From: an uncultured bacterium
GTDB taxonomy: Bacteria; Planctomycetota; UBA1135; UBA2386
NCBI GenBank assembly: GCA_963974725.1
Contig: CAXBFC010000003.1
Coordinates: 1 to 46,170, forward strand
DNA: 46,170 nt
Direction: 5' to 3'
Position numbers and translations under genes: made by a program. Below are positions 1 to 9,380 of the stretch, in pieces; within the stretch, counting starts at the first letter, position 1, and the number at the start of each line of letters is the position of its first letter. Under the pieces are notes generated by a model, which ran no database searches, was not told the origin of the DNA, and saw only the letters and a list, made by a program, of their open reading frames with translations.

Positions 1-829
1 AGTCGTGCTGCATCAAGTCGGTGATCGCGGTGAAATGATTGCGGCCGGTCTGTCGAAGCGTCTCGGCCGTCAGGCCGCATTCGCGCCAGCGCCGGAGCAT
101 GTCGTCACTCTGCCTTCGGAATTCCGCGGTCTCGGCCTCGCCGTAGCTCGCGAGCAACGGCGGCGCCTTGTCCGGCAGCTCGAGAAGCATGGGGCTGTTC
201 CTCTCGATCTGCGCGGCTGTGAGTTGCAGCGAGGGTCCGACGCAAGTGAACGGCAGCGGACGTAGGTCATAGAGCCCCGAGATCGGGACGGCGCCTCGAA
301 TCGGATCAGCAAGGCCGTAGTCGCCCGACCAGTCGGTCAAGAGGCTCATCAGCGTGAGGTGCGCACCCGCTGAGTGGCCACCGACGAACAAGCGTGACGG
401 ATCCACATCGATCTCAACCGCGTTCCGCGCAGTCCACGCCACTGCCGCGCGGGCCTGGCGCGTGATCTCGTCGATCGTCACGTTGGGGCAGAGCGCGTGT
501 GTTGGGATGACGACCGTAACTCCAGCTCGCGCGAGCCCGAGCGCCACAAAGCTGAACTCCTTGGCGGTGAGCTGCCGCCAGTAGCCGCCGTGAAAAAACA
601 CCAGCACCGGCGGCTTGGCGGCGTCTTTGCAAGCCGCATGAAAGACGTCGAGCGTCTCGCTCCGAGTCGGACCGTAGGGCACGTCAGCGGTGTGCGGCAG
701 CGTCGCGCGGGCCTCGGCACTCTTGTCGAGCAACTGCTTGACGATCATCGGGAAGTCCGGGGTCTGACCATCGACGTCGTATTCCGCGTCCAGCTGGGCT
801 TGCGTGTCGAACTGTCGATAGAGCTTCAT
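1..829 (-). CDS. alpha/beta hydrolase, arylformamidase (kynurenine formamidase)/Aes-like; 3' end runs off the window
   Basis: Not in the ORF track because no stop lies in the window. Manual translation from ATG 829: MKLYRQFDTQAQLDAEYD...VPYGPTRSETLDVF...VFFHGGYWRQL...GGHSAGAHL...ISGLYDLRPL...ETAEFRRQS...GRNHF. Contains HGG oxyanion motif, GHSAG nucleophile elbow and late His. Confidence 0.85.
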   Translation of the reverse strand, partial: MKLYRQFDTQAQLDAEYDVDGQTPDFPMIVKQLLDKSAEARATLPHTADVPYGPTRSETLDVFHAACKDAAKPPVLVFFHGGYWRQLTAKEFSFVALGLARAGVTVVIPTHALCPNVTIDEITRQARAAVAWTARNAVEIDVDPSRLFVGGHSAGAHLTLMSLLTDWSGDYGLADPIRGAVPISGLYDLRPLPFTCVGPSLQLTAAQIERNSPMLLELPDKAPPLLASYGEAETAEFRRQSDDMLRRWRECGLTAETLRQTGRNHFTAITDLMQHD

Positions 830-982
830 GCCTGGGATGGTATTTGAACGAACCCGTCGATGCTCTCGCCAAGGCCATGGGCAGGGACTGCCTTGCTACG
901 ACGCTCGTCAACAACGGCACCGAATACACGCCGACGCCAATCATGAGTTTGGATGTGTTCTTACTCAGGCGGCACTACCGAT

Positions 983-1951
983 TCAGCCGAACGTAACCAA
1001 GCCGGCAGACGCCGCGAGCCCGACTGGGTTCGGGTCGAATAGCCAAGCCTGGTTGTAGAGCTTGAGTCCGGCCAGTGCCGGTATCCAGGTCAGCGAGAAG
1101 CTCGCGTTGCCCGAACCATCGATGGCCAAGTACACGCTGCCGAGCGACAGGCTGGGAACCAGGAGGCCGCCGAACAACGGATAGTCTGCTCGCGTGAAGC
1201 TGAAGCCCAGGGCCCCGATCGTGTTGGGCGCAGCGTTGCTAACCGTGTAGGTCACGGTCGTCGCCGGTAGCACCGAGCCCGAGCCCGACAGCAGCACCGG
1301 GCCGTTCGCGCCCGGCAGGCCGGCGCCAACGCGACCGAACCGGGTGGCCTTGAGCACGAGGTCATCGCATGCGAGGTAGTTGCTGCCTGAATTGCCCGGA
1401 TCCAGCACGAGGAAGTCGGCGGAGAACGCGTTCGGCGCCAAGAACCCGATCGAGTCGTAAGTCCATGCATCGTGGCGCGCAAAGTTGCCGAGCTGTCCGA
1501 TCGCGGCTCCCGCCGTGCGCCAGCTATTCTGCTGCGGCGCGAGGTGGAAGTCATACGGGTCGACGCCGGTATGCACGGAACCGACGGCGAACGCGCCGGA
1601 GAGTACGTAGTGGGTGCCAGGAGTCAGTGTGCTCGCCAGCCCGGTGCCAATCGCTTCCGAAGGTTGTGGCAACGACCACGCGGCGGCAAAGCGCAGCCCC
1701 TCGGCGGCGCCCGGCAGTCCGGCGAAGTGAGCCCACGCGGATGCGTCCAGGCCGCCGGCGGTATTGCAGTCGGTTGAGTAGAGATCGGCGCCGCCGGGGT
1801 TCAGGCCCGCCTGAAACCACGGCGCTGGCAGCTGCCCCTGGTTGGCTGGGCAGGCGACCTGGCCCGCCTCGAAGCTACCGTTGGGGATCAGTTGTGCCGG
1901 CAACTGGATGGTGATCGAGAGCAGAAGCAAAGGGGCAAGGCAGAGGCGCAT
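983..1951 (-). CDS. secreted protein: jelly-roll/CBM-like N-domain plus shared C-terminal domain
   Basis: ATG 1951 gives signal peptide MRLCLAPLLLLSITIQLPA|Q followed by LIPNGSFE (common start of CBM-like beta-sandwiches). Ends in ...GNASFSLTWIPALAGLKLYNQAWLFDPNPVGLAASAGL. Confidence 0.75.
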   Translation of the reverse strand: MRLCLAPLLLLSITIQLPAQLIPNGSFEAGQVACPANQGQLPAPWFQAGLNPGGADLYSTDCNTAGGLDASAWAHFAGLPGAAEGLRFAAAWSLPQPSEAIGTGLASTLTPGTHYVLSGAFAVGSVHTGVDPYDFHLAPQQNSWRTAGAAIGQLGNFARHDAWTYDSIGFLAPNAFSADFLVLDPGNSGSNYLACDDLVLKATRFGRVGAGLPGANGPVLLSGSGSVLPATTVTYTVSNAAPNTIGALGFSFTRADYPLFGGLLVPSLSLGSVYLAIDGSGNASFSLTWIPALAGLKLYNQAWLFDPNPVGLAASAGLVTFG

Positions 1952-2190
1952 GGGATACCTGGATCGAACAGAGAAGAGGATGTGATGCCGGAGCAATCCC
2001 TGGAATGCCAACCCAGGCCTGCTGTCCCGCGGCTTCTGAAAAGACCGCGGCCGCCGCCACATGCCGCCGCCATGTCGCGGGGCTGACTGATCGACCGCAC
2101 CTCTCACTTGTAGCCTTTGACCCGCAGACGCAACGTGATGCGTAGGAGTGGCTCACGCTTCGCACCGCGCGCTTGACCTTGGATTGAGCG

Positions 2191-4119
2191 TCAACGCAAG
2201 CGACGCGCGACCTCGGCGTTTGCACCGGGCACGGCAGCCAACCCCGTCAATTCCACGTCGCCGTCTTCGCTGGCCACGAACAGTTTGGTCGAGCCAGGCA
2301 CTGCTTGCAGCGTGATGCGCCCCGCCCGGTCCGTTGCTCCAGTCGCACGATGTCCGAGTGGACCGCCCTGCTGCAACGTCACCTGCCGCCCAACGATCGG
2401 CGAGCCATCGGCGTCCACAATTCGGATCGGCACATTGGCCCACGGCTGCAACTTGAAGCTGAGACCGCTGCGCCCCTTGCCGACCACGTACTGCTCACTG
2501 CGGCATGGTGCATAGCCGGAATCACTCGGCACAACCCGGATCCAGAATCTCTCGCCCGGCATCCGCGGCGGCAACCTGAACAGGGAACCGTGGATCTCCG
2601 CAAACGGATCTTCAGTATGGGCCACGTCACCCTCCTGAAAGATCAGCTCAACGCGATAGGCAGGGCTCTTCTTCGGCGCGTCATCGCATTTCACCCGACC
2701 AATGACAGCACCCGACTTGGCACGGACCTCGATCTCGATGGAGTCCGTGCCAGCCGGCACGTTGTGGACCCAGCCTTCGATGGGCTGCGGACCATCAAAG
2801 CCCTTCGCAGCCACGCCGTAGGTGTGGTCAGGGGCCACCGCCAGAGTGAACGATCCGTCGGGGGCCGTACGAACCGAATCGGCGACGCCAGCGACCTCTA
2901 TCTCAAGCATCCTTTGGGCTGGGGAACCTCCCGGCGATCGTTGCGCAACGCCAAACACCTCGAAGCCGGCCATTGGCTTGCCACCTACATTGACGACGCG
3001 GCCATGCAGCTTGTGGGGCTGAACCAGCTGTAGCGTCAGCCGGACGCGGGGTTGTGCGGCACCCAAGTGCACCGGAATCAAACCGGCCCGGAGCCCCTTC
3101 TTGCCCTTGGCAACCAGGAGGTAGTCTCCGAAGGTGGGCAAGACCAACTTGAACGTGCCATCGTCCTCACTCTTGACCTTGATGCGAGTGGCTCCCCTCG
3201 GCCCGTCGAGCCACGTGAGGACCTCGCCGCCGCTCGCCGGGCGACCATCAGGCAGCAACACGAGCCCAGATACGCCGATAGCCCCCGGCATCACCAACTC
3301 GACGCTCGACATCACGTTCGCAACGACATCGACGTAGACTGCGACCGTCTCGACCCGGTCGCGACGCGCGCGCACGACATAGCTCCTGCCAGCCGGCAGC
3401 AGCAGCTCAAAGCGCCCGTCGATGTCGGACAAAACCCGCTCGGAGCTGGCGGCGCGCGTACCGTTCTTCAGCTTCGCAGGGTTTGGCACCGCGCGAACGC
3501 TCGCGCCTTCGAGCGGTTGGCCGTCGGCATCGCGGACGATTCCGGACAACGCAGCGCGGTCGTGCACCATTAGCTCCGCGTCGACGACTGGCCATTCGGC
3601 ATCAGGGACGGGCGCATCGATTGCAATATCGTCGCTGCGGCCGCCATGAGGTACCTGTGCCGTTACCCGGATCCGTGGATCCCAACAGACCACGCCGAAC
3701 CGGCCTTCGCTGTCCGTCTGCGTCTTGTCGCCAGCGCGCATGCCGCTCGACCATTCACGTGATCGAACGGTCACTTCGGCCCCCACGATCGGGCGACGAT
3801 TCGAGTCGATGACGAAGCCACGCAAGAGCCAGCGACCCTCTTTGAATGTATCCTTACTCAGCGTGTCGGCGGCGACCGATGCACCCGAGGCGGCCGGCAC
3901 CCGATCACGCTGTAAGGACGCGTTGCCTTCCGTTCGCACCGGCAACCCGCCCCCAGCAGTCGCAACCCGACTACCCCCCTCTTCCGCCGCCGCGACATCG
4001 CCGGCGGCCACCAGTGTCGCAGGCACCGCAGTTGCATCCTGCCGGGCGCCGCCGCTGACAAGCAGCCATGTCAGGCCAGCGATCACAACCAGGAACAGAA
4101 CCAGCACAGATCTCATCAT
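2191..4119 (-). CDS. membrane-anchored protein with repeated carboxypeptidase-regulatory-like (prealbumin-fold) domains
   Basis: N-terminal TM. Repeated GxVxDxxGxPxxGAxV...TDxxGRF units (LRGFVIDSNRRPIVGAEV, LSGIVRDADGQPLEGASV, VSGLVLLPDGRPASGGEV, LHGRVVNVGGKPMAG). RBS AGGAGAGG just upstream. Confidence 0.85.
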   Translation of the reverse strand: MMRSVLVLFLVVIAGLTWLLVSGGARQDATAVPATLVAAGDVAAAEEGGSRVATAGGGLPVRTEGNASLQRDRVPAASGASVAADTLSKDTFKEGRWLLRGFVIDSNRRPIVGAEVTVRSREWSSGMRAGDKTQTDSEGRFGVVCWDPRIRVTAQVPHGGRSDDIAIDAPVPDAEWPVVDAELMVHDRAALSGIVRDADGQPLEGASVRAVPNPAKLKNGTRAASSERVLSDIDGRFELLLPAGRSYVVRARRDRVETVAVYVDVVANVMSSVELVMPGAIGVSGLVLLPDGRPASGGEVLTWLDGPRGATRIKVKSEDDGTFKLVLPTFGDYLLVAKGKKGLRAGLIPVHLGAAQPRVRLTLQLVQPHKLHGRVVNVGGKPMAGFEVFGVAQRSPGGSPAQRMLEIEVAGVADSVRTAPDGSFTLAVAPDHTYGVAAKGFDGPQPIEGWVHNVPAGTDSIEIEVRAKSGAVIGRVKCDDAPKKSPAYRVELIFQEGDVAHTEDPFAEIHGSLFRLPPRMPGERFWIRVVPSDSGYAPCRSEQYVVGKGRSGLSFKLQPWANVPIRIVDADGSPIVGRQVTLQQGGPLGHRATGATDRAGRITLQAVPGSTKLFVASEDGDVELTGLAAVPGANAEVARRLR

Positions 4120-4329
4120 CCTCTCCTAGATGGGGTGCGGTTCGGGCGACCCGAACCAGAAGATGCACAATCATGCCCCCGCAATCATCCGTCAACCCGC
4201 ACCGCAGGTGACCGTACTGTGCCAGGCACAGATGCAACACGTTCGCGTTCGGGCGGTGATGCGATGCCGCAGGGCATCAAGCCGCGGTTTTGAGAACCGT
4301 GTGCACGTCGCCGGGCGTGAACGAACAGG

Positions 4330-4893
4330 TTACTTCTGTGCCTGGCACCGTACGTTGTGGAACCCCAACCGGAGGCCCGCTGCGATCAACAGGCAGGCCA
4401 CGGCTTCCAGCCCCCAGCACACTGCCTCGCTGAACAGCCACCGAAGCCCCGGCAGCAGCCGACCTGCGACGAACACCAGCACCAGCACGAGGCCGCCAAT
4501 CGCCAGCTTCTTGGCTCGATCAATATTGCGATCACGACGCACTAGAGCCACGGTGCCGCCGACCGCAACGATGGTCGCCGGCACCAACAACAGCACCCGC
4601 ACGACGAGCCGATGCTGGCGCAAGCCGAGCCACGGATCGAGCACCTCCGTGCTCCATCGCACCGTCTGGTAGAAGGCCGTTTGCAGGTCGACGAACTTGT
4701 CGACCGCCACCACCGTGCAGTAGATCGCCACCACGTACCAGGCTCCGCGGACGCGTGCCGGCAGCCGCCAGACCAGCCGCAGCGACAAGCATGCCAGCAC
4801 AGCCCAAACCACGAGGGTGACCGTGTCGCCTACGGGCGACTCGACCCTGCTTGGCACGGGTATCGTGCGGATCGCCATCGCGAAAGTAGTCAT
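4330..4893 (-). CDS. integral membrane protein (~5 TM), unknown function
   Basis: 187 aa with alternating hydrophobic segments and a DKFVDLQT loop motif. 15 bp from the upstream membrane gene, likely co-transcribed. Confidence 0.7.
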   Translation of the reverse strand: MTTFAMAIRTIPVPSRVESPVGDTVTLVVWAVLACLSLRLVWRLPARVRGAWYVVAIYCTVVAVDKFVDLQTAFYQTVRWSTEVLDPWLGLRQHRLVVRVLLLVPATIVAVGGTVALVRRDRNIDRAKKLAIGGLVLVLVFVAGRLLPGLRWLFSEAVCWGLEAVACLLIAAGLRLGFHNVRCQAQK

Positions 4894-4908
4894 GCAATTT
4901 CGCTCAGT

Positions 4909-5403
4909 TCAGCGTTCGCTCGGCTCGCTTCGACGACGAAGAGCAACCAAGGCAACGGCGGCAAAGCAACCTTCGACCAAGTATCGCACCGGCTGCTGCC
5001 AGAACCACTGCGGGATGAAATCGTCCAGCGACATCGTCTCAATACACAACAGCGTGCCCTGCATTCCGAGCGCAACGCCACACAATAGTGCCGCAGGTTC
5101 TCGCAAGATCCGACGCATCACGCGAGCGACGACCACGAGGAAGAGGATCAAGCCGACCGCGAGGATCAGTTTGAACCAGATGCGATCGTCATAGACACCG
5201 GCGCGCTTCAAGACCCCGCGGGCAGCGTCCAGCAATGCGTAGTTCCAACGCCAAGCTCGCATGCTCGCAAACAACAACGCCAACGCGCTGTAGCCCAACC
5301 AGACCCTGCGCACAGTGCTTCGCCACTGCCAAGCCCGCACCGCGACGACCACCCACGTGGCGACGAGCGTCAGACGCACAGTCCAGTAGAGAATGTCCAG
5401 CAT
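4909..5403 (-). CDS. integral membrane protein (~5 TM), unknown function
   Basis: 164 aa, hydrophobic helices, GVYDDR loop. Topology similar to the neighbouring 4330-4893 gene. Confidence 0.7.
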   Translation of the reverse strand: MLDILYWTVRLTLVATWVVVAVRAWQWRSTVRRVWLGYSALALLFASMRAWRWNYALLDAARGVLKRAGVYDDRIWFKLILAVGLILFLVVVARVMRRILREPAALLCGVALGMQGTLLCIETMSLDDFIPQWFWQQPVRYLVEGCFAAVALVALRRRSEPSER

Positions 5404-5417
5404 GCCAGTGTTTGAAG

Positions 5418-5494
5418 CGACTCGCCGCTGACTACAAGTCCGAACCAGCCGCGCCTGAGTAGCGAATCTCTACGGGAGTAGATGCTCTGAGTGC
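5418..5494. repeat. 77-bp dispersed direct repeat, copy 1
   Basis: cgactcgccgctgactacaagtccgaaccagccgcgcctgagtagcgaatctctacgggagtagatgctctgagtgc aligns ungapped to 14363-14439 with 8 mismatches. Overlaps the last ~20 codons and stop of 5432-7606. Confidence 0.9.
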
Positions 5495-7606
5495 AGCGAG
5501 AGCCTGCTTCGTTCGCAGATCTACGCCTGCTCTCGATGCTTTGGGTTCGATTCGACAGCGAATCCGGACGCCGCGGTGTACGCCGAGATGCGCGAGCCTC
5601 ACCAAGGCGCTCGAGGGCCCGACTTCCGCGACGTCTGCGAACGGAACGGAAAGCCCACTGGACGTTATCAGTTTCAAGCTCAACAACTCTTGGACTCCCG
5701 AAGGGCGACGGGAAGCGGCTCGCAATGCCACCGCAACCTGCGCCTCCGCTTGCTCGATTGAGATTCCGAGCGCCCGGAGTTTCTCGCGATCGAATGTCAC
5801 TGCCAGGTCCGCCTCGTGACGAAGCACACTCGCGCCAACGATCTGCATGCCTTCGATCGCATCGAGCGCCGCGCGCACGCCCTGCTCGAGTTCTTGCAAC
5901 TGTTCCCAGTCTTCGCCGAGCAAACGGATCTCGCGACGCAGTTCTAGTCGCTTCCCGGATTTGACTTCGACTTCGACCTCGTCGATGCCAGGAGGGAACG
6001 CAAACGCCTTGAGCTTCCGTTCTAGATCCGTCACCTGCCACTCGTAGTTGCCACCGGCCAGGATCTCAATTTCACAGCGAGCACGGGTCGGAGACCCGGG
6101 GCCGAGTCCGCGGCACCGCGCCAGACAAACAACCTGCGGCGGCAAGGTCCCGTGCAACCATTCGAGCACTTGGCCAACCTCCCTGAGGAAGGCCTCTGCC
6201 GGCAAGTCGCGTGACGTCGAGAAGGTCAGCGCCGCACGCCTGCCCGCACTGGTCTCGTCCACCATCTCGACGCGATCAGCAAGCGGCGACCCCAGACGCT
6301 GAACGACAGCGCGCACCTCGTCCCAGGAGGCGTCCGCCGCGCGCATGATGCGAACCACGCCGCCTCTGTGCTCGGGTAGATACACGTGAGGCCACGCGAT
6401 TTCTGTTCGCACCTCGCAAAGGTCCGCCACTCGAACAACTGCGCCATCGCGACTGGCTACCACAGCTGTCTCGATTGCTGCGATATCCTCCGGCCCATCT
6501 CGGGCGGCGACGGCTTGACGAACCGAGGCTTCGAGCTCGACGGTTGTCAGCCCGTACGCCCTGAGTCGCTCTTCCGGTCCCGCCACGATCTGGATTCGGC
6601 GCGGAGCTCCAGCGATGCGGGCCCAGGCGATCCGCGGATCGCGTTCGAATGCATCCGCCAATGCCGTGAGGTTGGCTTCGGAGTCGCCGCCATGCAACAA
6701 GAGCGTTCGCGTGCGATCGCGAACGAACGGGTGGATCGAATGGAGCGCATCGCAAGCGATCTCCCAGCGCAATCGCCCCCGCTGCATGACCGCGCCGGAC
6801 TTCTTCGTGCGCGCCTGCGCCAGAATCTCCAGTTGCTTCGCGATGGCTACCGCGTCGGCATTTGCCGCCAATATGAGTTCGTAGCTCGCGCCGGATCGCC
6901 CCATTCGAGAGCTGATCGAAGCGACCCCATCGACCTTGAGCATCTCACCGATCAACCCCTGCGAACGGGCCTCGGCATCCGCCGTTGCCGGCAAGGAAAG
7001 ATGGATCTCGATCCTGCTCTCGATCGCATACGCGAAGAACTCCGAGTCAGGTCCGGGGAGTAGCGCGAGCAACACGCCCAAGCACCACGCACCGACGCAC
7101 TCTGCCAGGCCACGCCAATGCCCATGGTAGGCATGCGGGCTGCGCTCGTACTTTGCACCCGACGCACGTGGCCCGAGCAACCCAGCTTCGACGAGCAGCC
7201 ACAAGGAGCAGCCGGCGCCAACCCCCGACACTACCCAAGCGACAATGGACAGCTCCGCAGTAACCAGCGAGCGGCCATTGTCCTGTACCAGTGGCCACAA
7301 CCACGGAGCGAACGCACTCGAGAACGCCCACGCAGAAACAGCAACCACGGCCAGCCACGCAGATCGACCCCGGTCGTGAAGCCGCTTCACCAGAAGCGGC
7401 GCATACAACCGCATCAACACGAAGCCGATGCCGACACTCCACCAAGGTTGTGCATCGGTGATGGCGATTCCGGCGAAGACACCCTTCGCGATCGTCACGC
7501 CAACCCCGATCACGAGCAGGATGGCGAACCCGACCCAAAAGCCACTGCGTGGCAAGCGTCCCTCGAAGGAGAGAAACAACTCGAGGATGGTGGGCTTGCG
7601 ACTCAT
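5432..7606 (-). CDS. DUF805-like membrane domain fused to AcrB/RND-type periplasmic subdomains; RND transmembrane bundle absent
   Basis: N-term FSFEGRLPRSGFW...LLVKRLHDRGRSAW (DUF805/YhaH signature). Then RND-like VDGVASISS, PEERLRAYGLTTVEL, RDGAVVRVADLCEV, FDREKLRALGISIEQ, SVPFADVAEV, IRYSG. ATG 7606 preferred over 7714. Confidence 0.75.
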   Translation of the reverse strand: MSRKPTILELFLSFEGRLPRSGFWVGFAILLVIGVGVTIAKGVFAGIAITDAQPWWSVGIGFVLMRLYAPLLVKRLHDRGRSAWLAVVAVSAWAFSSAFAPWLWPLVQDNGRSLVTAELSIVAWVVSGVGAGCSLWLLVEAGLLGPRASGAKYERSPHAYHGHWRGLAECVGAWCLGVLLALLPGPDSEFFAYAIESRIEIHLSLPATADAEARSQGLIGEMLKVDGVASISSRMGRSGASYELILAANADAVAIAKQLEILAQARTKKSGAVMQRGRLRWEIACDALHSIHPFVRDRTRTLLLHGGDSEANLTALADAFERDPRIAWARIAGAPRRIQIVAGPEERLRAYGLTTVELEASVRQAVAARDGPEDIAAIETAVVASRDGAVVRVADLCEVRTEIAWPHVYLPEHRGGVVRIMRAADASWDEVRAVVQRLGSPLADRVEMVDETSAGRRAALTFSTSRDLPAEAFLREVGQVLEWLHGTLPPQVVCLARCRGLGPGSPTRARCEIEILAGGNYEWQVTDLERKLKAFAFPPGIDEVEVEVKSGKRLELRREIRLLGEDWEQLQELEQGVRAALDAIEGMQIVGASVLRHEADLAVTFDREKLRALGISIEQAEAQVAVALRAASRRPSGVQELLSLKLITSSGLSVPFADVAEVGPSSALVRLAHLGVHRGVRIRCRIEPKASRAGVDLRTKQALAALRASTPVEIRYSGAAGSDL

Positions 7607-7883
7607 GCTCTCTGACGCCTGGAAAGAACGGACGCTAACACAGAGCTTTGTCGGCGGGCGGGAGTATCCGGAGTGCCACAGCGAGCGAACCAGCCCATGG
7701 CCTGGTTCATGCAATCAAAACAGCCACTCGCATTGAATCGCAGGGAAGTGACCCAAGTCACCTTTGGCGGATGGCGAAGGTATCAGCCCATGCCGCAGGG
7801 ATCCAAGGCATGTCTCATGCCGTGTGGATGCGCATCAACTGCCCAGAGGGGGCGCGGCGATCGCGCCTTCCCCCTGCTGTTGT

Positions 7884-9239
7884 CTAGTTGCCGACGCGAA
7901 CTTCGAGTGCGTTGCTCAAGCAGAACACGCCAAAGTTTGACGCCTGATAGTTGAGACGGCTACCGAGGAATATGGGGTTCGCAGGTACGGCAACGGAGAA
8001 GCTGCCACTGCCGGTAGCGTCGAGTGCCACACCAATCGTTCCCGCGACTCCAGCTGCCGTTCCAATGAAGCGCGCGCAGCCTGCTGGGAAGGGCGCCGGC
8101 ACCGGGAAACCAGCGCCAGGTGCTGCTTGTGGGTCAAAACTGACGAACAGGAACGCACCGCCCGGACCGGTAGCAGCGACCGAGAACGTTGCTCCAATCG
8201 ATGTCGTGGGACTGCTGCCGGTCAACGAAGTCGCGCAGCCGCACGCGGTGCCAAACTGGGTGAAATTTGAACCGCAGCTGGTTGCTGGAACTGGGATCAC
8301 AGCGTCAACCGCGATCACTGTATTGCGCACGGCGTCGGTGGCGACATTGACCAGCGTGCTTGCCGAATTGAAGGAAAGGCCTGGGATCACTGACCATGCT
8401 CCAGCACGAAAGCGCCAAACATCCGTGCTCCCATTTACGACGATACCCCCCATCAAGATCACATCTTGCCGGGCGACGCCAGCCAGCGTCGGCAGCACGT
8501 CCAGATCCATGCCGGCGAAGACACGGGCGGGAGGTTGCTGCGCGGTGGCCAGCTGGCTCCAGTTGGTACCGTTGAACCTCCAAGTGTCCGAGAGGAACAC
8601 GCCACTGGCATTCTGACCGCCAAACAACAGGACGCCACCGGTACCGTCAGAGCACATTGCAGCACCATTTCGCGGCGAGGGCGATGACGTCGGAAACAGC
8701 TGGGACCACTGGCTACCCGTGAAGACCCACGTATCACCGAGGAACGTGGTGCCATTGCTACCACCAAACATGACCGCTGCACCGCTGCCTAGCTGGGCGC
8801 AAGCAGCACTAGAGCGCGCCGACGGCGACACCGACAAAGCCAGTTGCTGCCAAGAGCTGCCATTCCAACGCCAGGTTTGTCCGGAGGGAGCCCCACCAGT
8901 GGGGAACGCGCCACCAAACAAGACCATCTGGGTCGAGGAGCAAGCAGAGAACGCGGCTAGCGCACGGAATGACGGCCCCGTGGTAGCGACTCCGACAAAC
9001 GACGAACCATTGAATCGTCGTGTCTGCATCTGGCCGCCACCCTGGTCCGCCAGGGCAAGCACGGTCTGCGTCGTCGGTTCGGTCGCGACCATCAAGCCGC
9101 CCGCCCCAACCGTTGCGAGGTAGCGCGAATCTTGAGGTCCCACTTGCGCAGCGACACCAACGCAAAAGGCAAAGAAGGAGGCGCACGTTGCGATGCGCGA
9201 GATGCCGGTTTGGCCGGCGTGATTGAGTTTTTGGTTCAT
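7884..9239 (-). CDS. secreted Kelch-repeat beta-propeller protein with shared C-terminal domain
   Basis: Repeats of PSARxxAAxx...VLFGG...LGDTWxFxGxxWSQL; signal ending VGVAA|Q; C-term FTQFGTACG...VPANPIFLGSRLNYQ...LSNALEVRVGN. Start uncertain (9239 or 9275). Confidence 0.85.
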   Translation of the reverse strand: MNQKLNHAGQTGISRIATCASFFAFCVGVAAQVGPQDSRYLATVGAGGLMVATEPTTQTVLALADQGGGQMQTRRFNGSSFVGVATTGPSFRALAAFSACSSTQMVLFGGAFPTGGAPSGQTWRWNGSSWQQLALSVSPSARSSAACAQLGSGAAVMFGGSNGTTFLGDTWVFTGSQWSQLFPTSSPSPRNGAAMCSDGTGGVLLFGGQNASGVFLSDTWRFNGTNWSQLATAQQPPARVFAGMDLDVLPTLAGVARQDVILMGGIVVNGSTDVWRFRAGAWSVIPGLSFNSASTLVNVATDAVRNTVIAVDAVIPVPATSCGSNFTQFGTACGCATSLTGSSPTTSIGATFSVAATGPGGAFLFVSFDPQAAPGAGFPVPAPFPAGCARFIGTAAGVAGTIGVALDATGSGSFSVAVPANPIFLGSRLNYQASNFGVFCLSNALEVRVGN

Positions 9240-9335
9240 CCTGAGTCTCTTGAGCGCGGATGGAAATGCGCTCAAGAACTCAGGCGGTCACCACTCAAAA
9301 ACCGGTCAGCAAAACTCGCGGGCTCCATCCACTCT

Positions 9336-9352
9336 GGCTCCGAGTCGGAGCC
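9336..9352. terminator. GC-rich inverted repeat downstream of 9381-10940, possible terminator or processing stem
   Basis: ggctccga-g-tcggagcc is a perfect inverted repeat; no adjacent U-tract. Confidence 0.35.
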
Positions 9353-9380
9353 GCAGACGCATGCCCTACTCCGCCTGCAA

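Noticed and set aside
4139-4157. Hairpins ggttcggg-cga-cccgaacc here, and at ~7844-7876 and ~16182-16202
   Set aside because: GC-rich stems without U-tracts; expected by chance at this GC content, so not called as terminators or riboswitches.
5432-7606. Functional multidrug efflux pump (acrB)
   Set aside because: Lacks the 12-TM domain and any MFP or outer-membrane factor partner, so no gene symbol was assigned.
9328-9343. tccactctggctccga resembles tccactctctgctccga at 29820-29836, both downstream of the paralogous third genes
   Set aside because: Too short and at different distances from the stops to distinguish from chance.
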